NCBI RefSeq assembly: GCF_002087085.1 | Contig: NZ_MWQY01000003.1 | Coordinates: forward strand, 248,001 to 275,387 | Length of the DNA: 27,387 nt | Reading direction: 5' to 3' | Part shown: positions 18,951-27,387 of the stretch, piece by piece | Numbering within the stretch: position 1 is the stretch's first letter | Layout of the letters: every line of letters starts with the position of its first letter | Made by a program: the position numbers and the translations under genes | The notes under the pieces: model-generated | What the model was told of the DNA's origin: nothing | Databases searched by the model: none | Seen by the model: only the letters and a program-made list of their open reading frames with translations

Positions 18951-19562
18951 ATGATATTTGGCCCTGTGATTATACGCAAATGCCCTGAATGTTTCGGCCA
19001 GATCCAGCAATACACCCTGGATTCATATAATACATTTTGTTTTGTTCCACGGACAGATGGGAGACGACCGATCCCTTTTAGTGACATATTCCACATATGC
19101 CCCTTCTGTAACGCGGCTCTGTTTATAAACGAGTTGGAAAAAATCGGTGAAACTGAACCGGAAATAGTAAAAGAAACCTTCCCTCAATCAAGATCCGCCA
19201 AGTTCTTGAATATGCACGATTATCTTTCTGTGCTCGAAAAAGAAGTTTTTGATATCCACAAAAAGAAGTTCCTGCGTATTCGCGCATGGTGGTCTGGAAA
19301 CGATGACAGGATTCTGCAGCACAAAACTGATCAAGTCCTGTCAGAAGACGAAAAAGACAATTTACATAAACTGTATGAACTGCTTGTCCCATCTGATGAT
19401 GAGGAACGAATGATGATAGCGGAAATAAAGCGGGAATTGGGTGAGTATGACGAAGCACGGCAGCATCTTACAGATCCTTTTCCCCAGGAATTCACAAGAA
19501 TTGTTTCTACCATCATGAAGTTGATTGAAGAAGCAGATCCACGCGTAGCAGAGGTTAAATAG
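18951..19562 (+). CDS. Hypothetical protein with Zn-ribbon (CPEC...CPFC) and C-terminal TPR-like helices
   Basis: GAGG RBS. Two CxxC motifs. C-terminal MIAEIKRELGEYDEA is TPR-like. Lower GC than the preceding operon. Confidence 0.75.
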   Translation: MIFGPVIIRKCPECFGQIQQYTLDSYNTFCFVPRTDGRRPIPFSDIFHICPFCNAALFINELEKIGETEPEIVKETFPQSRSAKFLNMHDYLSVLEKEVFDIHKKKFLRIRAWWSGNDDRILQHKTDQVLSEDEKDNLHKLYELLVPSDDEERMMIAEIKRELGEYDEARQHLTDPFPQEFTRIVSTIMKLIEEADPRVAEVK

Positions 19563-19596
19563 CGTAATGAGAAGTGGAGGTCTTCCTTTTTAAAGT

Positions 19597-20808
19597 ATGG
19601 GATTTATTCTATCTGTCGCCATAGCGGTCGTATCGACTTTCCTTTGCCTCAAGTATCTCGACTACCTTGACTACTATAAAAAGGATAAACGTACGGAGCG
19701 AATCCGTTATATCGGTTTTGTAGCGGGAATCATCAGCATTATCCCCACTTTTATCAACTACGAGATTAACGAACTACTGTTCGGTTGGATGGTCAACGGC
19801 CCATTCCTCTACCACTTTCTTATCGTCGGCTTCTCCGAAGAGATAGCCAAGTATACCATGCTCATTGCGATGGTATATTTCTTTCGTTCGATAAAGGAAC
19901 CCCAGGACGGTATCCTTCAGGGTGCTGCAGTCGGGGCAGGCTTCGCGTTTTTTGAGAACCTTAAATACGCCCTCGATTATGGCCCAATGAATACGATCAT
20001 CCGTTCGATCCTTTGCACACCCGGACACATGATGTACACTGCCCTGGCAGGCTATTTCCTGGCGACGGCGGTCTACTCCAATCTCGAAGTCCGGGATGAT
20101 CGATCTTCCTGGATTGCGGTCGGCGCCTTCATTCCTACCGCCTTCATTCATGCCCTGTACAACGCTTCCTATATCTGGGCCTATGTCTACAGCACAGGCT
20201 ATAATACTCTGGAAGGTCTTGCCTACCTTGTCGATCTGCTCACTCTTTTTATTACTGCACACGTTTTCCGCTCCCTCATCGAACACTCCCCCTACTTCGT
20301 CTACCCCTACTCCCGGTCGAAACAGGCTATTCGATCCCTTCTCAGGGGACTCAAACTGAATCCCTCGAGCTTTGTACTGAACCGACGCCTGGGGCTCTAC
20401 TACCTGGCGGCGGGCAGATACCCAGAGGCCCTCAAACGCATCCGTTACTGTCGGAGCCGGCAGCCGAAAAAACACAATACCTGGGACGTGCTGGAAGGGA
20501 TCGCCCTCATGGGAAGCGGCAAAAGCGACGAAGGGCTGCAGCTCGTCACCCGGGCGCGGGAGAACTTCGGAAAAGGAGAGCGCTTCCGCATCGAACTCTT
20601 CCTGCAGCGCATCATCCGGGACGCCGGGCTCAAACTCCGGGTACGGAACATACTGAATCCCCGTGTGTTCAAACACAACCACTACTTCGACCGCAGACGC
20701 AAGTACGGCCCCCGGGACTACTGGAAAAGCGACAGCAGAATACTGAAAGAGAGGCTCGAGGAGTACAGCGAGCTGTTACGGGAGAAGCGGCAGATGGAAA
20801 GCCGGTAG
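19597..20808 (+). CDS. PrsW-family intramembrane glutamic/metalloprotease with C-terminal TPR-like domain
   Basis: PrsW motifs EEIAK, GFAFFEN, H in PGHMM and HALYN across multiple TMs. C-terminal LGLYYLAAGRYPEA is a TPR-like repeat. Confidence 0.88.
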   Translation: MGFILSVAIAVVSTFLCLKYLDYLDYYKKDKRTERIRYIGFVAGIISIIPTFINYEINELLFGWMVNGPFLYHFLIVGFSEEIAKYTMLIAMVYFFRSIKEPQDGILQGAAVGAGFAFFENLKYALDYGPMNTIIRSILCTPGHMMYTALAGYFLATAVYSNLEVRDDRSSWIAVGAFIPTAFIHALYNASYIWAYVYSTGYNTLEGLAYLVDLLTLFITAHVFRSLIEHSPYFVYPYSRSKQAIRSLLRGLKLNPSSFVLNRRLGLYYLAAGRYPEALKRIRYCRSRQPKKHNTWDVLEGIALMGSGKSDEGLQLVTRARENFGKGERFRIELFLQRIIRDAGLKLRVRNILNPRVFKHNHYFDRRRKYGPRDYWKSDSRILKERLEEYSELLREKRQMESR

Positions 20809-20865
20809 GTAGAGGATTCTTCATTCATGGTGAGGTATCCTCAAGTACCTGACTCAGAAATGCTT

Positions 20866-22392
20866 TTATCCGAAAACAGCGTGGTAAATCTCTTCTATTC
20901 TCAGGATTTCATCATCAGTCAGCTGATGAAATTCCCTGTCCCGTGCCCTTTTCGAAAGCAGGCCATTATGCTGTCCAAGGAACCGGAACAGCAAGTCCAC
21001 AGTTTTCGAGGGCATCTCCACGATTTCTTCTACCTCCCGTCTAAACTGGTCGTAACGTTGAAGAAACAGGGCTTCTATAGGAAGATCATGCTCAATGGTT
21101 TTGTGCACACAGGAATATAGAAACTCCGCATGGGGGGTGGCATCAAAGTAACGGTAATAATCCGTTGTGTCGTTGCTTACCACAACATTATGGTCCCGCG
21201 ACTGCTCCCACTCTATCAAGGGGAGCAATCTTGAAGAGTAGCCCTGAAGCACCGCACGGTATTCATTGATTCTTTCCAGGACTACCGACGATACAGGAAA
21301 AACAAGACCCGGAGGATTAAAGCCGTTCTCAGCCAGCACATGGTGGATCAGATAGCGGTGCAGTCTGCCGTTTCCGTCGCTGAAAGGATGTATATAGACG
21401 AAACCGAAAGCAAGGGATGCCGCGGCAACAACCGGGTCCAACTCCCCGCTGCAAAGGGAGTTATGCTCAAAAATGCCCCGGACCAGATCGGGAAGGTCTT
21501 CCGGACGAGCGCTTATATGTTCAGGGATAGGCATGCCGCTTTCCCTGTCGTGTTCACCCACAAAGCCGCCCTCGGTTCTGAGTCCCGGCTGCACAAAGCG
21601 GGTATCGCCTATAACAATCTGCTGTAACCGGATCAGTTCATCCTGGTCCAGGGGATGTGTTCCTGCCTGCCCTATGATTCTCCCCCATCGCTCGATTCGC
21701 TTATGCGGGGGTGTTTCATTTTCTATGGCATAGCTGGCCTTCGAATCTTTCAACAGCAGAAAGGAAGCAGTGCGGCTCATTACATCAGCCGGAATACCTT
21801 GTATCACCTCCGCAGCCTTCTGTTTGAGATCCATCTGAATATGGTGCTCAAGCTTTTCAGTTTTGAAAACCAGGGGACAAAATAGTCGACTGCCGGGAAG
21901 ATTGTCGATAACACGGTGACGCCGGACGTTCCTTCCGGTAATTCCATACTGCATCTTAGGATCTATTACGGGAACATAATTTCCGGCCTGCAGATCAGGA
22001 ATATCAAGGCGTTTATCCATCAGCCATTCATACAGAAACCAGAGCCGCCGTACGTACGATCCGGTCGGGGTTTTACGAATTATATGCTCTATTTCCGATT
22101 CCGGGACATGGGAAAAAAGTGACTTAAGAACCGCCAGATCCACCCCCTCATATTTGAGGGCAAACAGCAGGTGGCCTTCAAGCGTAGCTTGCGGCGTGTA
22201 GCGCGGGCTAAAATAGCGCCAGCAGTCCTCTTCTTTGAGACTGTAACTGGTACCGACGCAGCACAGCCGGTACGGGAAAGGTACTGGAAGATCATAGGCG
22301 TCAACAATCGCGGCATAACCTGTCGGGACCGCCTCTTCAGCAAGCCGTAAACCGTGAAAAACAGTTATTTTTCCTGAAAAACGCTTATTCAT
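20866..22392 (-). CDS. Fic-domain protein (~500-aa class)
   Basis: Canonical Fic motif HPFSDGNGRLHR. Start re-assigned to ATG 22392 (MNKRFSG, GAAGGGGG RBS). Confidence 0.9.
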   Translation of the reverse strand: MNKRFSGKITVFHGLRLAEEAVPTGYAAIVDAYDLPVPFPYRLCCVGTSYSLKEEDCWRYFSPRYTPQATLEGHLLFALKYEGVDLAVLKSLFSHVPESEIEHIIRKTPTGSYVRRLWFLYEWLMDKRLDIPDLQAGNYVPVIDPKMQYGITGRNVRRHRVIDNLPGSRLFCPLVFKTEKLEHHIQMDLKQKAAEVIQGIPADVMSRTASFLLLKDSKASYAIENETPPHKRIERWGRIIGQAGTHPLDQDELIRLQQIVIGDTRFVQPGLRTEGGFVGEHDRESGMPIPEHISARPEDLPDLVRGIFEHNSLCSGELDPVVAAASLAFGFVYIHPFSDGNGRLHRYLIHHVLAENGFNPPGLVFPVSSVVLERINEYRAVLQGYSSRLLPLIEWEQSRDHNVVVSNDTTDYYRYFDATPHAEFLYSCVHKTIEHDLPIEALFLQRYDQFRREVEEIVEMPSKTVDLLFRFLGQHNGLLSKRARDREFHQLTDDEILRIEEIYHAVFG

Positions 22393-22469
22393 CCCCCTTC
22401 TCCATGAAATTCGATTATAAACCATGAAAAACAATTATAATACCTATACTTTCGTGAAAAATGATTATT
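22353..22469. repeat. Five imperfect 17-bp direct repeats, consensus CRTGAAAAACRATTATW, spaced 20/30/20/30 bp
   Basis: Copies at 22353 cgtgaaaaacagttatt, 22373 cctgaaaaacgcttatt, 22403 catgaaattcgattata, 22423 catgaaaaacaattata, 22453 cgtgaaaaatgattatt. Confidence 0.8.
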
Positions 22470-22485
22470 TTAGATATCCGGAGGT

Positions 22486-22608
22486 ATCAAAAAGTATTTT
22501 GAAGACCATGATGGCATAGTCCGTTCCTCAGTATTTCAAAGCGATGGATTTCATAATTCCCATCTGACAGAACTGGCATGTATCGAAAAAGATCACATGT
22601 GTGAATAA
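22486..22608 (+). pseudogene. Remnant of an AbiEi-type antitoxin N-terminal wHTH
   Basis: Start-less frame IKKYFEDHDGIVRSSVFQSDGFHNSHLTELACIEK...* resembles the N-terminus of AbiEi_4 family proteins. Confidence 0.45.
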
Positions 22609-22653
22609 TAAGAAAATTGGCAATAGCGGAAAGATAAATATCTAAATACTATG

Positions 22654-22782
22654 TGACAGAATGACGATTAAGTACTAATCATATTAATACTTTATAGCTT
22701 CAATGTCATAAAAACATAATTTGTATTTGACACATAAGCGCGTTAGAACTAATATAATTAGTATTATGTTGCCAGATCGTCA
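22654..22782. promoter_or_regulatory. Two tandem long inverted repeats (26-bp arms, 3-bp spacer): putative AbiEi operators
   Basis: IR1 arms 22654-22679 and 22683-22708. IR2 arms 22728-22753 and 22757-22782. All four half-sites read TGAC(A/G)-N12-A(G/A)(T/A)A(C/T)TAAT. Confidence 0.75.
22727..22755 (+). promoter_or_regulatory. Sigma-70-type promoter of the abiE operon
   Basis: TTGACA (22727-22732), 17 bp, TAATAT (22750-22755). An overlapping TATAAT lies at 22753-22758. Lies inside IR2. Confidence 0.65.
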
Positions 22783-23602
22783 AATACAAAATGATAATTC
22801 TCTTGAATCATTCTTCTATAAGCATCCGGTATTTCAAGTATCAGAACTTGATACATTCTTGTCGCAATATCGAACTGGAAATCGGAATACCAGACAAGCT
22901 TTATTAAGCCACTATAAAAACCAGGAGCGAATAATATCTATACGCCGGGGTCTTTATGCGGTTATTCCTAAAGGAGCAGATTCATCAAATTTCCCTGTTG
23001 ATCCATATATAATAGCGGCAAAGCTGACTGAAGACGCTACTCTCTCACATCATACTGCTTTGGAATACCATGGCAAAGCCTATTCTGTTTTCAATACGCT
23101 AACCTATACCTCAAAAGATAGAACTAAACCACTAACTTTTCGTTCTCAAAAGTATACCCCAGTTCCAATTCCCAAGGAACTGATCACGTTAGGCAAGGTT
23201 GATTATGGTATAATTCGGCGTATTCGATCGGGGATTGAAATACGTGTTACATCTATAGAAAGAACTCTTGTCGATATGATGAATAGACCAGATCTTTCGG
23301 GGAGCTGGGAAGAAATATGGCGATCCCTGGAATCAATAGAGTATCTTGAACTTGATAGCCTCTATGAATATATAACGCTATTGAATAATGCAACCATCGC
23401 TGCAAAAATTGGCTACTTTCTTCAGCAAAACCAGGAAACCTTAATGGTTGATGATAAATTCATAGCAAAACTTAAAAATAAAAAACCTAATCAACCGCAC
23501 TATTTCAGTCGGAGCATTCGCCAAAAATGTCATCTAATAAAGGAATGGAATTTAATGGTACCTATCGAGATAGTTAATCATTCGTGGAATGATGTATTAT
23601 GA
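22766..23602 (+). CDS. abiEi: Type IV toxin-antitoxin AbiEi-family antitoxin/transcriptional regulator
   Basis: IRRGLY wHTH wing, LSHHTALEYHG, VTSIERTLVD motifs. Start placed at ATG 22766 because the track's TTG start lies upstream of the promoter. Confidence 0.88.
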   Translation: MLPDRQIQNDNSLESFFYKHPVFQVSELDTFLSQYRTGNRNTRQALLSHYKNQERIISIRRGLYAVIPKGADSSNFPVDPYIIAAKLTEDATLSHHTALEYHGKAYSVFNTLTYTSKDRTKPLTFRSQKYTPVPIPKELITLGKVDYGIIRRIRSGIEIRVTSIERTLVDMMNRPDLSGSWEEIWRSLESIEYLELDSLYEYITLLNNATIAAKIGYFLQQNQETLMVDDKFIAKLKNKKPNQPHYFSRSIRQKCHLIKEWNLMVPIEIVNHSWNDVL

Positions 23603-24570
23603 TCCTATCCCCGGCAGAAATTCTTCCAATTGCAGAATCAACAGGGTTTAATCCTATAATGATAGAAAAAGTGATTCATTTAATGAATTTATTGAATGGT
23701 TTAAATAGCCACCCCTTCCTGAAACGAAAATGGGTTCTCAAAGGTGGTACCGCTCTAAATCTATTCATCTTTGACCTTCCTCGACTTTCTGTTGATATTG
23801 ATCTCAATTATATAGGGGCTATTGATCGAGAACAAATGATTGAAGATAGACCCAAAATTGAACAAGCTGTACAAGCTGTTTTCTCAAGAGAAGGTTTTGC
23901 TATAAAGCGTATACCTTCCGAACATGCCGGAGGAAAATGGATTCTTAACTATCAAACTTACGCAGGACACCCCGGAAATCTTGAAGTAGATTTCAATTTC
24001 ATGTTTCGTCAGCCCTTATGGGAACCGGTTATTAAAACATCCAAATCACTCGGACCTTTCACAGTATCCAATATACCAGTTTTGGATTTTCATGAGTTAG
24101 CTGCAGGCAAACTCGCAGCGCTTCTGGCTAGAACACAAGCAAGAGATTTATATGATAGTGTACAGATTTTAAACCAAATGACACTGGATAAATCATCACT
24201 TCGTGTTGCGTTTGTAGTATATGGAGGAATGAATCGGATCGACTGGCGAACTATCTCCGTAGATGATATTCGATTCAATCCGGAAGATTTGGCCAGAAAG
24301 CTTCAGCCTGTTCTTCACGATCATTCGATATTGAAAGACATAACAGCTCAAGAATATGGAGAGAAACTTGTAGTCGAATGCCAAAAACAAATTTCAAAAG
24401 TACTACCACTTCAAAATTCCGAGAAGCAATTTCTCGATTTGTTACTTGATAAAGGCGAAATCAAACCAGAGTTGCTGACTATTGATTCTGAACTCCAAGA
24501 AAAGATAATTCGTCACCCATTACTCCAGTGGAAAGCAGTAAATGTTAGAAAGCATAGAGGGTTTGAATGA
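23599..24570 (+). CDS. abiEii: AbiEii/AbiGii-family nucleotidyltransferase toxin
   Basis: IEK, LKGGTALNL, RLSVDIDL, and K(L)AALLAR..ARDLYD motifs. ATGA overlap with abiEi. Confidence 0.92.
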   Translation: MILSPAEILPIAESTGFNPIMIEKVIHLMNLLNGLNSHPFLKRKWVLKGGTALNLFIFDLPRLSVDIDLNYIGAIDREQMIEDRPKIEQAVQAVFSREGFAIKRIPSEHAGGKWILNYQTYAGHPGNLEVDFNFMFRQPLWEPVIKTSKSLGPFTVSNIPVLDFHELAAGKLAALLARTQARDLYDSVQILNQMTLDKSSLRVAFVVYGGMNRIDWRTISVDDIRFNPEDLARKLQPVLHDHSILKDITAQEYGEKLVVECQKQISKVLPLQNSEKQFLDLLLDKGEIKPELLTIDSELQEKIIRHPLLQWKAVNVRKHRGFE

Positions 24571-26990
24571 CAGAGGAATCTAAGCGTATATCTGAAATAC
24601 AACGAGAACTCCAAGATATTGAATCACATAAACAAAAGCTCCTTGTAGAACTCAAAATCCTTGAATCCTCCAAATCTGAAAAAGTTGTTTCCTTTGCCGG
24701 AGAACCAATATTTTCCACTCCCCCTGAAACACCTGAAAATAAAATTAGTTTATTTTTGAAACTATTCCGTTGCCGTGATGATTTATTCCCAAAATATTGG
24801 GAAAACAAAAGAAGTGAGAAGAAGAGATATAGCCCGGTATGCACCAACGAATGGAAAAGAAAAATCTGTTACAAACCTAATGTTAAATGTTCCGATTGTG
24901 TAAATCAGGCTTTCATGCCATTTGATAAGAATGCTGCTTGGGACCATCTCACAGGTAAAACGACAATTGGATCATACGCAATAAACGGTCAGGATAGATG
25001 CATCTTTCTTGCAGCTGACTTTGACAAGTCAACATGGAAGGAAGATGTTATTGCCTATCAAAGTGCTGCTGAAGAATTACACGTTCAAGTAGCTATCGAG
25101 ATCTCAAAATCAGGCAACGGAGCCCATGCATGGATTTTCTTCAATGAACTAGTTTCGGCATGCAAAGCACGCAAACTTGGCGATATTATTCTTAGCAATG
25201 CTATGGATTCCACAAATAAACTAAACCTGGACAGTTATGATCGATTCTTTCCAAATCAGGACTACATGCCTTCAGGAGGTTTTGGGAACCTAATAGCGCT
25301 TCCACTGCAAAAAGAGTACAGGAAACAAAACCGAAGTGTTTTCGTAAATAAACAGATGGAAGTTTATCCTGACCAATGGGAGTTTTTATCAAGCGTACAC
25401 TGTCTTTACGCACAAGATCTTGATCTAATTTTAAATAAGCATCTTATTTCACTTGAATACCAATACACCAACAATCGGTCGGGGAATGAAATAAAAATAG
25501 ATAGCGACTTATATATTGCGGAATCAATTTTAAATGTTGAATCTGAACAAGAGGATCAATTCAGCGGAACTATCGAAATAATTATAGACAGTCAAATCGC
25601 TGTTCCTCTCAAGGAACTTCCAGCAACAGTATTAAGGCAATTGAAAAAACTTGCAACGATTGCCAACCCTAAATTCTTTGAAACCCAGGCTTTAAGGTTT
25701 TCCACTTGGAATATCCCGAAATACATATTCTGCGGAGAGAATGACAGTGACTTCATTTTTCTTCCCCGCGGAAAATTAAACAACATCATCCACCTACTCA
25801 CTGCCAGTGGATTCGAAGTACTAATCAAAGATAACCGTAATGTAAATGAACAAATTGAACTCAGTTTTGAAGGAGAGTTGTTTAAACATCAACAATCTGC
25901 AGTTCAGGCTATTATAGACACTGATTTTTGTGTCCTCGTCGCTCCTACAGGCACAGGTAAGACGGTCATAGCTATCAATCTTATTACTATAAAGAAAATG
26001 AGAACTCTCATCCTTGTACATCGCAGCACGTTGATTGACCAATGGATAGATTAACTATGCCGCTTCATCCCGGAGATAGACAAAAAGAGTATTGGGGTTT
26101 TGGGATCAGGAAGGAGAAAACTGAAAGGGGTCATTGATATAGCTATGCTCCAGACCCTGGCAAACAAAGATGATATTAAAACAATAACTGCTGGTTATGA
26201 TTTTCTCATTGTGGATGAATGCCATAGAATTCCTACGGTTACATTTGAGCCGGTATTGAAAGGAATCAGAGTTCGCAGCATTTTAGGTCTTACTGCAACT
26301 CCACAGCGAAAAGATCATTTCCAATCAATAATATTCATGCAGTGTGGTCCTATCGGGTACACCGTTCAGGATGTCAATAAAGAGAATCAGATCAGAAACG
26401 TATATTTTAAATCCACCGACGTTCCCGAACTGCCAAAAGACGGAACCATTCAAGATATGTGGGAAACACTAATTGGAAATAAATCCAGAAACAAGCTTAT
26501 TATTTCTGATGTGTTGAAATTGCTTCAGGAAGAAAAATCTCCCTTGATATTGACTGACAGAATCGAACATATCGAATTATTTTCTGATGCTTTACAACAA
26601 CAAACTGATGCACCTGTTCTCGTCCTGAAAGGCGGAGTGGGAAAGAAGGAGCGGAAGGAAATAATCGATAAGTGCAAAGAACTTTTTCGTAAAGGTGATC
26701 CGTTTTGCCTAATCGCCACAGGTTCGTTAATCGGAGAAGGATTTGATTTCCCTGATTTTAATACTATGATTCTTACTCTACCGATCTCATTCAGGGGAAG
26801 GTTAACCCAATACGTCGGCAGGTTACATAGGCAAACAACAGAAGATAAAAAAACTATAACTGTGTATGACTACGTGGATATATGCTCTGGAATGACAATT
26901 TCTATGTTCAAAAAAAGAATCCCTGCTTATAAAAAACTTGGTTACATTTTTCATTATGACATAACAGATAAGATCGCCAAATGGCTCTAA
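24567..26990 (+). pseudogene. TOTE-type archaeo-eukaryotic primase + SF2 (DEAD/ResIII-like) helicase fusion, interrupted by a single in-frame TAA at 26052-26054
   Basis: ORFs 24567..26054 and 26100..26990 are in the same frame, and the read-through QWID*LCRFIPEIDKKSIGVLGSG is continuous. AEP motifs AADFD, SKSGNGAH, GNLIALPLQ. Helicase motifs APTGTGKT, DECH, TATP, EGFD, QYVGRLHR. Confidence 0.85.
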
Positions 26991-27006
26991 GAGAATGGAG
27001 CAAAAA

Positions 27007-27287
27007 TCATAATGCTCTATTATACTGTGTAATTTTATTCAGTTCACTTTCTTTGGTTTCCATCAAACCTCCGAGTCGTAACGACTCTGCATATTCATCC
27101 AGAACTCCGGGCTGGGGCCAAAGAACCTGGACAGCCTTGCAGCTGTATCAGCTGTAACCTTCCTTTTTCCCTTGATAATCGCGGCTATTCTCGGCGGATC
27201 AACGAAAATGTGTAATCCCCATGGGATCGAGAACTCTTCCTTCAGGACTTCGCCGGGTGCGGAAAGTTCGGTATACTTTTCGTCCAT
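27007..27287 (-). pseudogene. higA: Degenerate HigA-family (HTH) antitoxin
   Basis: PGEVLKEEF, IIKGKRKVTADTA.RL..FFG.SPEFWMNMQ are HigA hallmarks. About 8 aa of the HTH appear to be missing after WGL. A frameshift near 27065 separates a plausible tail (LMETKESELNKITQYNRAL*, stop at 27007-27009). Confidence 0.75.
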
Positions 27288-27387
27288 ATGCCCTCTTGTT
27301 CTTTACAAGATTAATGATAGCGTAATACGCAATTAGCCCGCATTTCTCACAAACCAGCGAGGACCCTGCATTAAATCAGTATCAGAC

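Noticed and set aside
15123..20682. Long minus-strand ORFs (15123..15854, 16525..17373, 18321..19010, 19774..20682)
   Set aside because: Antisense to well-supported, coupled plus-strand genes.
22353..22469. Direct repeats considered as a CRISPR array or replication iterons
   Set aside because: The repeats are short and degenerate with 3-13 nt gaps, and no cas or rep gene is adjacent.

Overview
Bacterial accessory/defence-island-like window with strongly mosaic GC. The host is probably a diderm with sigma-54, and a spirochaete is a guess only. Left (minus strand, tightly packed): DUF262/GmrSD-like nuclease, exported hypothetical protein, SNF2 helicase-DUF3883 nuclease, DUF1156 adenine methyltransferase, and a Swt1-HEPN/DUF499 ATPase that runs off the window edge. 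The last three are the core of a restriction-like/BREX-related system. Middle: an outer-membrane beta-barrel gene and a five-gene operon (membrane transglutaminase-like protein, MotA/ZorA-like protein, MotB/ExbD-like protein, two unknown proteins) point away from each other. Each has a -24/-12 sigma-54 promoter preceded by the same tandem pair of (G/C)ATAA-N6-TTATC boxes, at distances differing by one helical turn. An SF1 helicase-DUF2726 gene and a gene remnant lie between them. This apparently co-regulated envelope module is the best candidate for an undescribed system. Right: Zn-ribbon hypothetical, PrsW-TPR protease, a Fic gene with five helically phased direct repeats over its start, an AbiEi/AbiEii type IV TA pair with two tandem long inverted-repeat operators, a TOTE-type primase-SF2 helicase broken by one in-frame stop, and a degenerate higA. 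No rRNA, tRNA, CRISPR array, transposase or integrase was seen. All family assignments come from motif recognition by eye, not from database searches.
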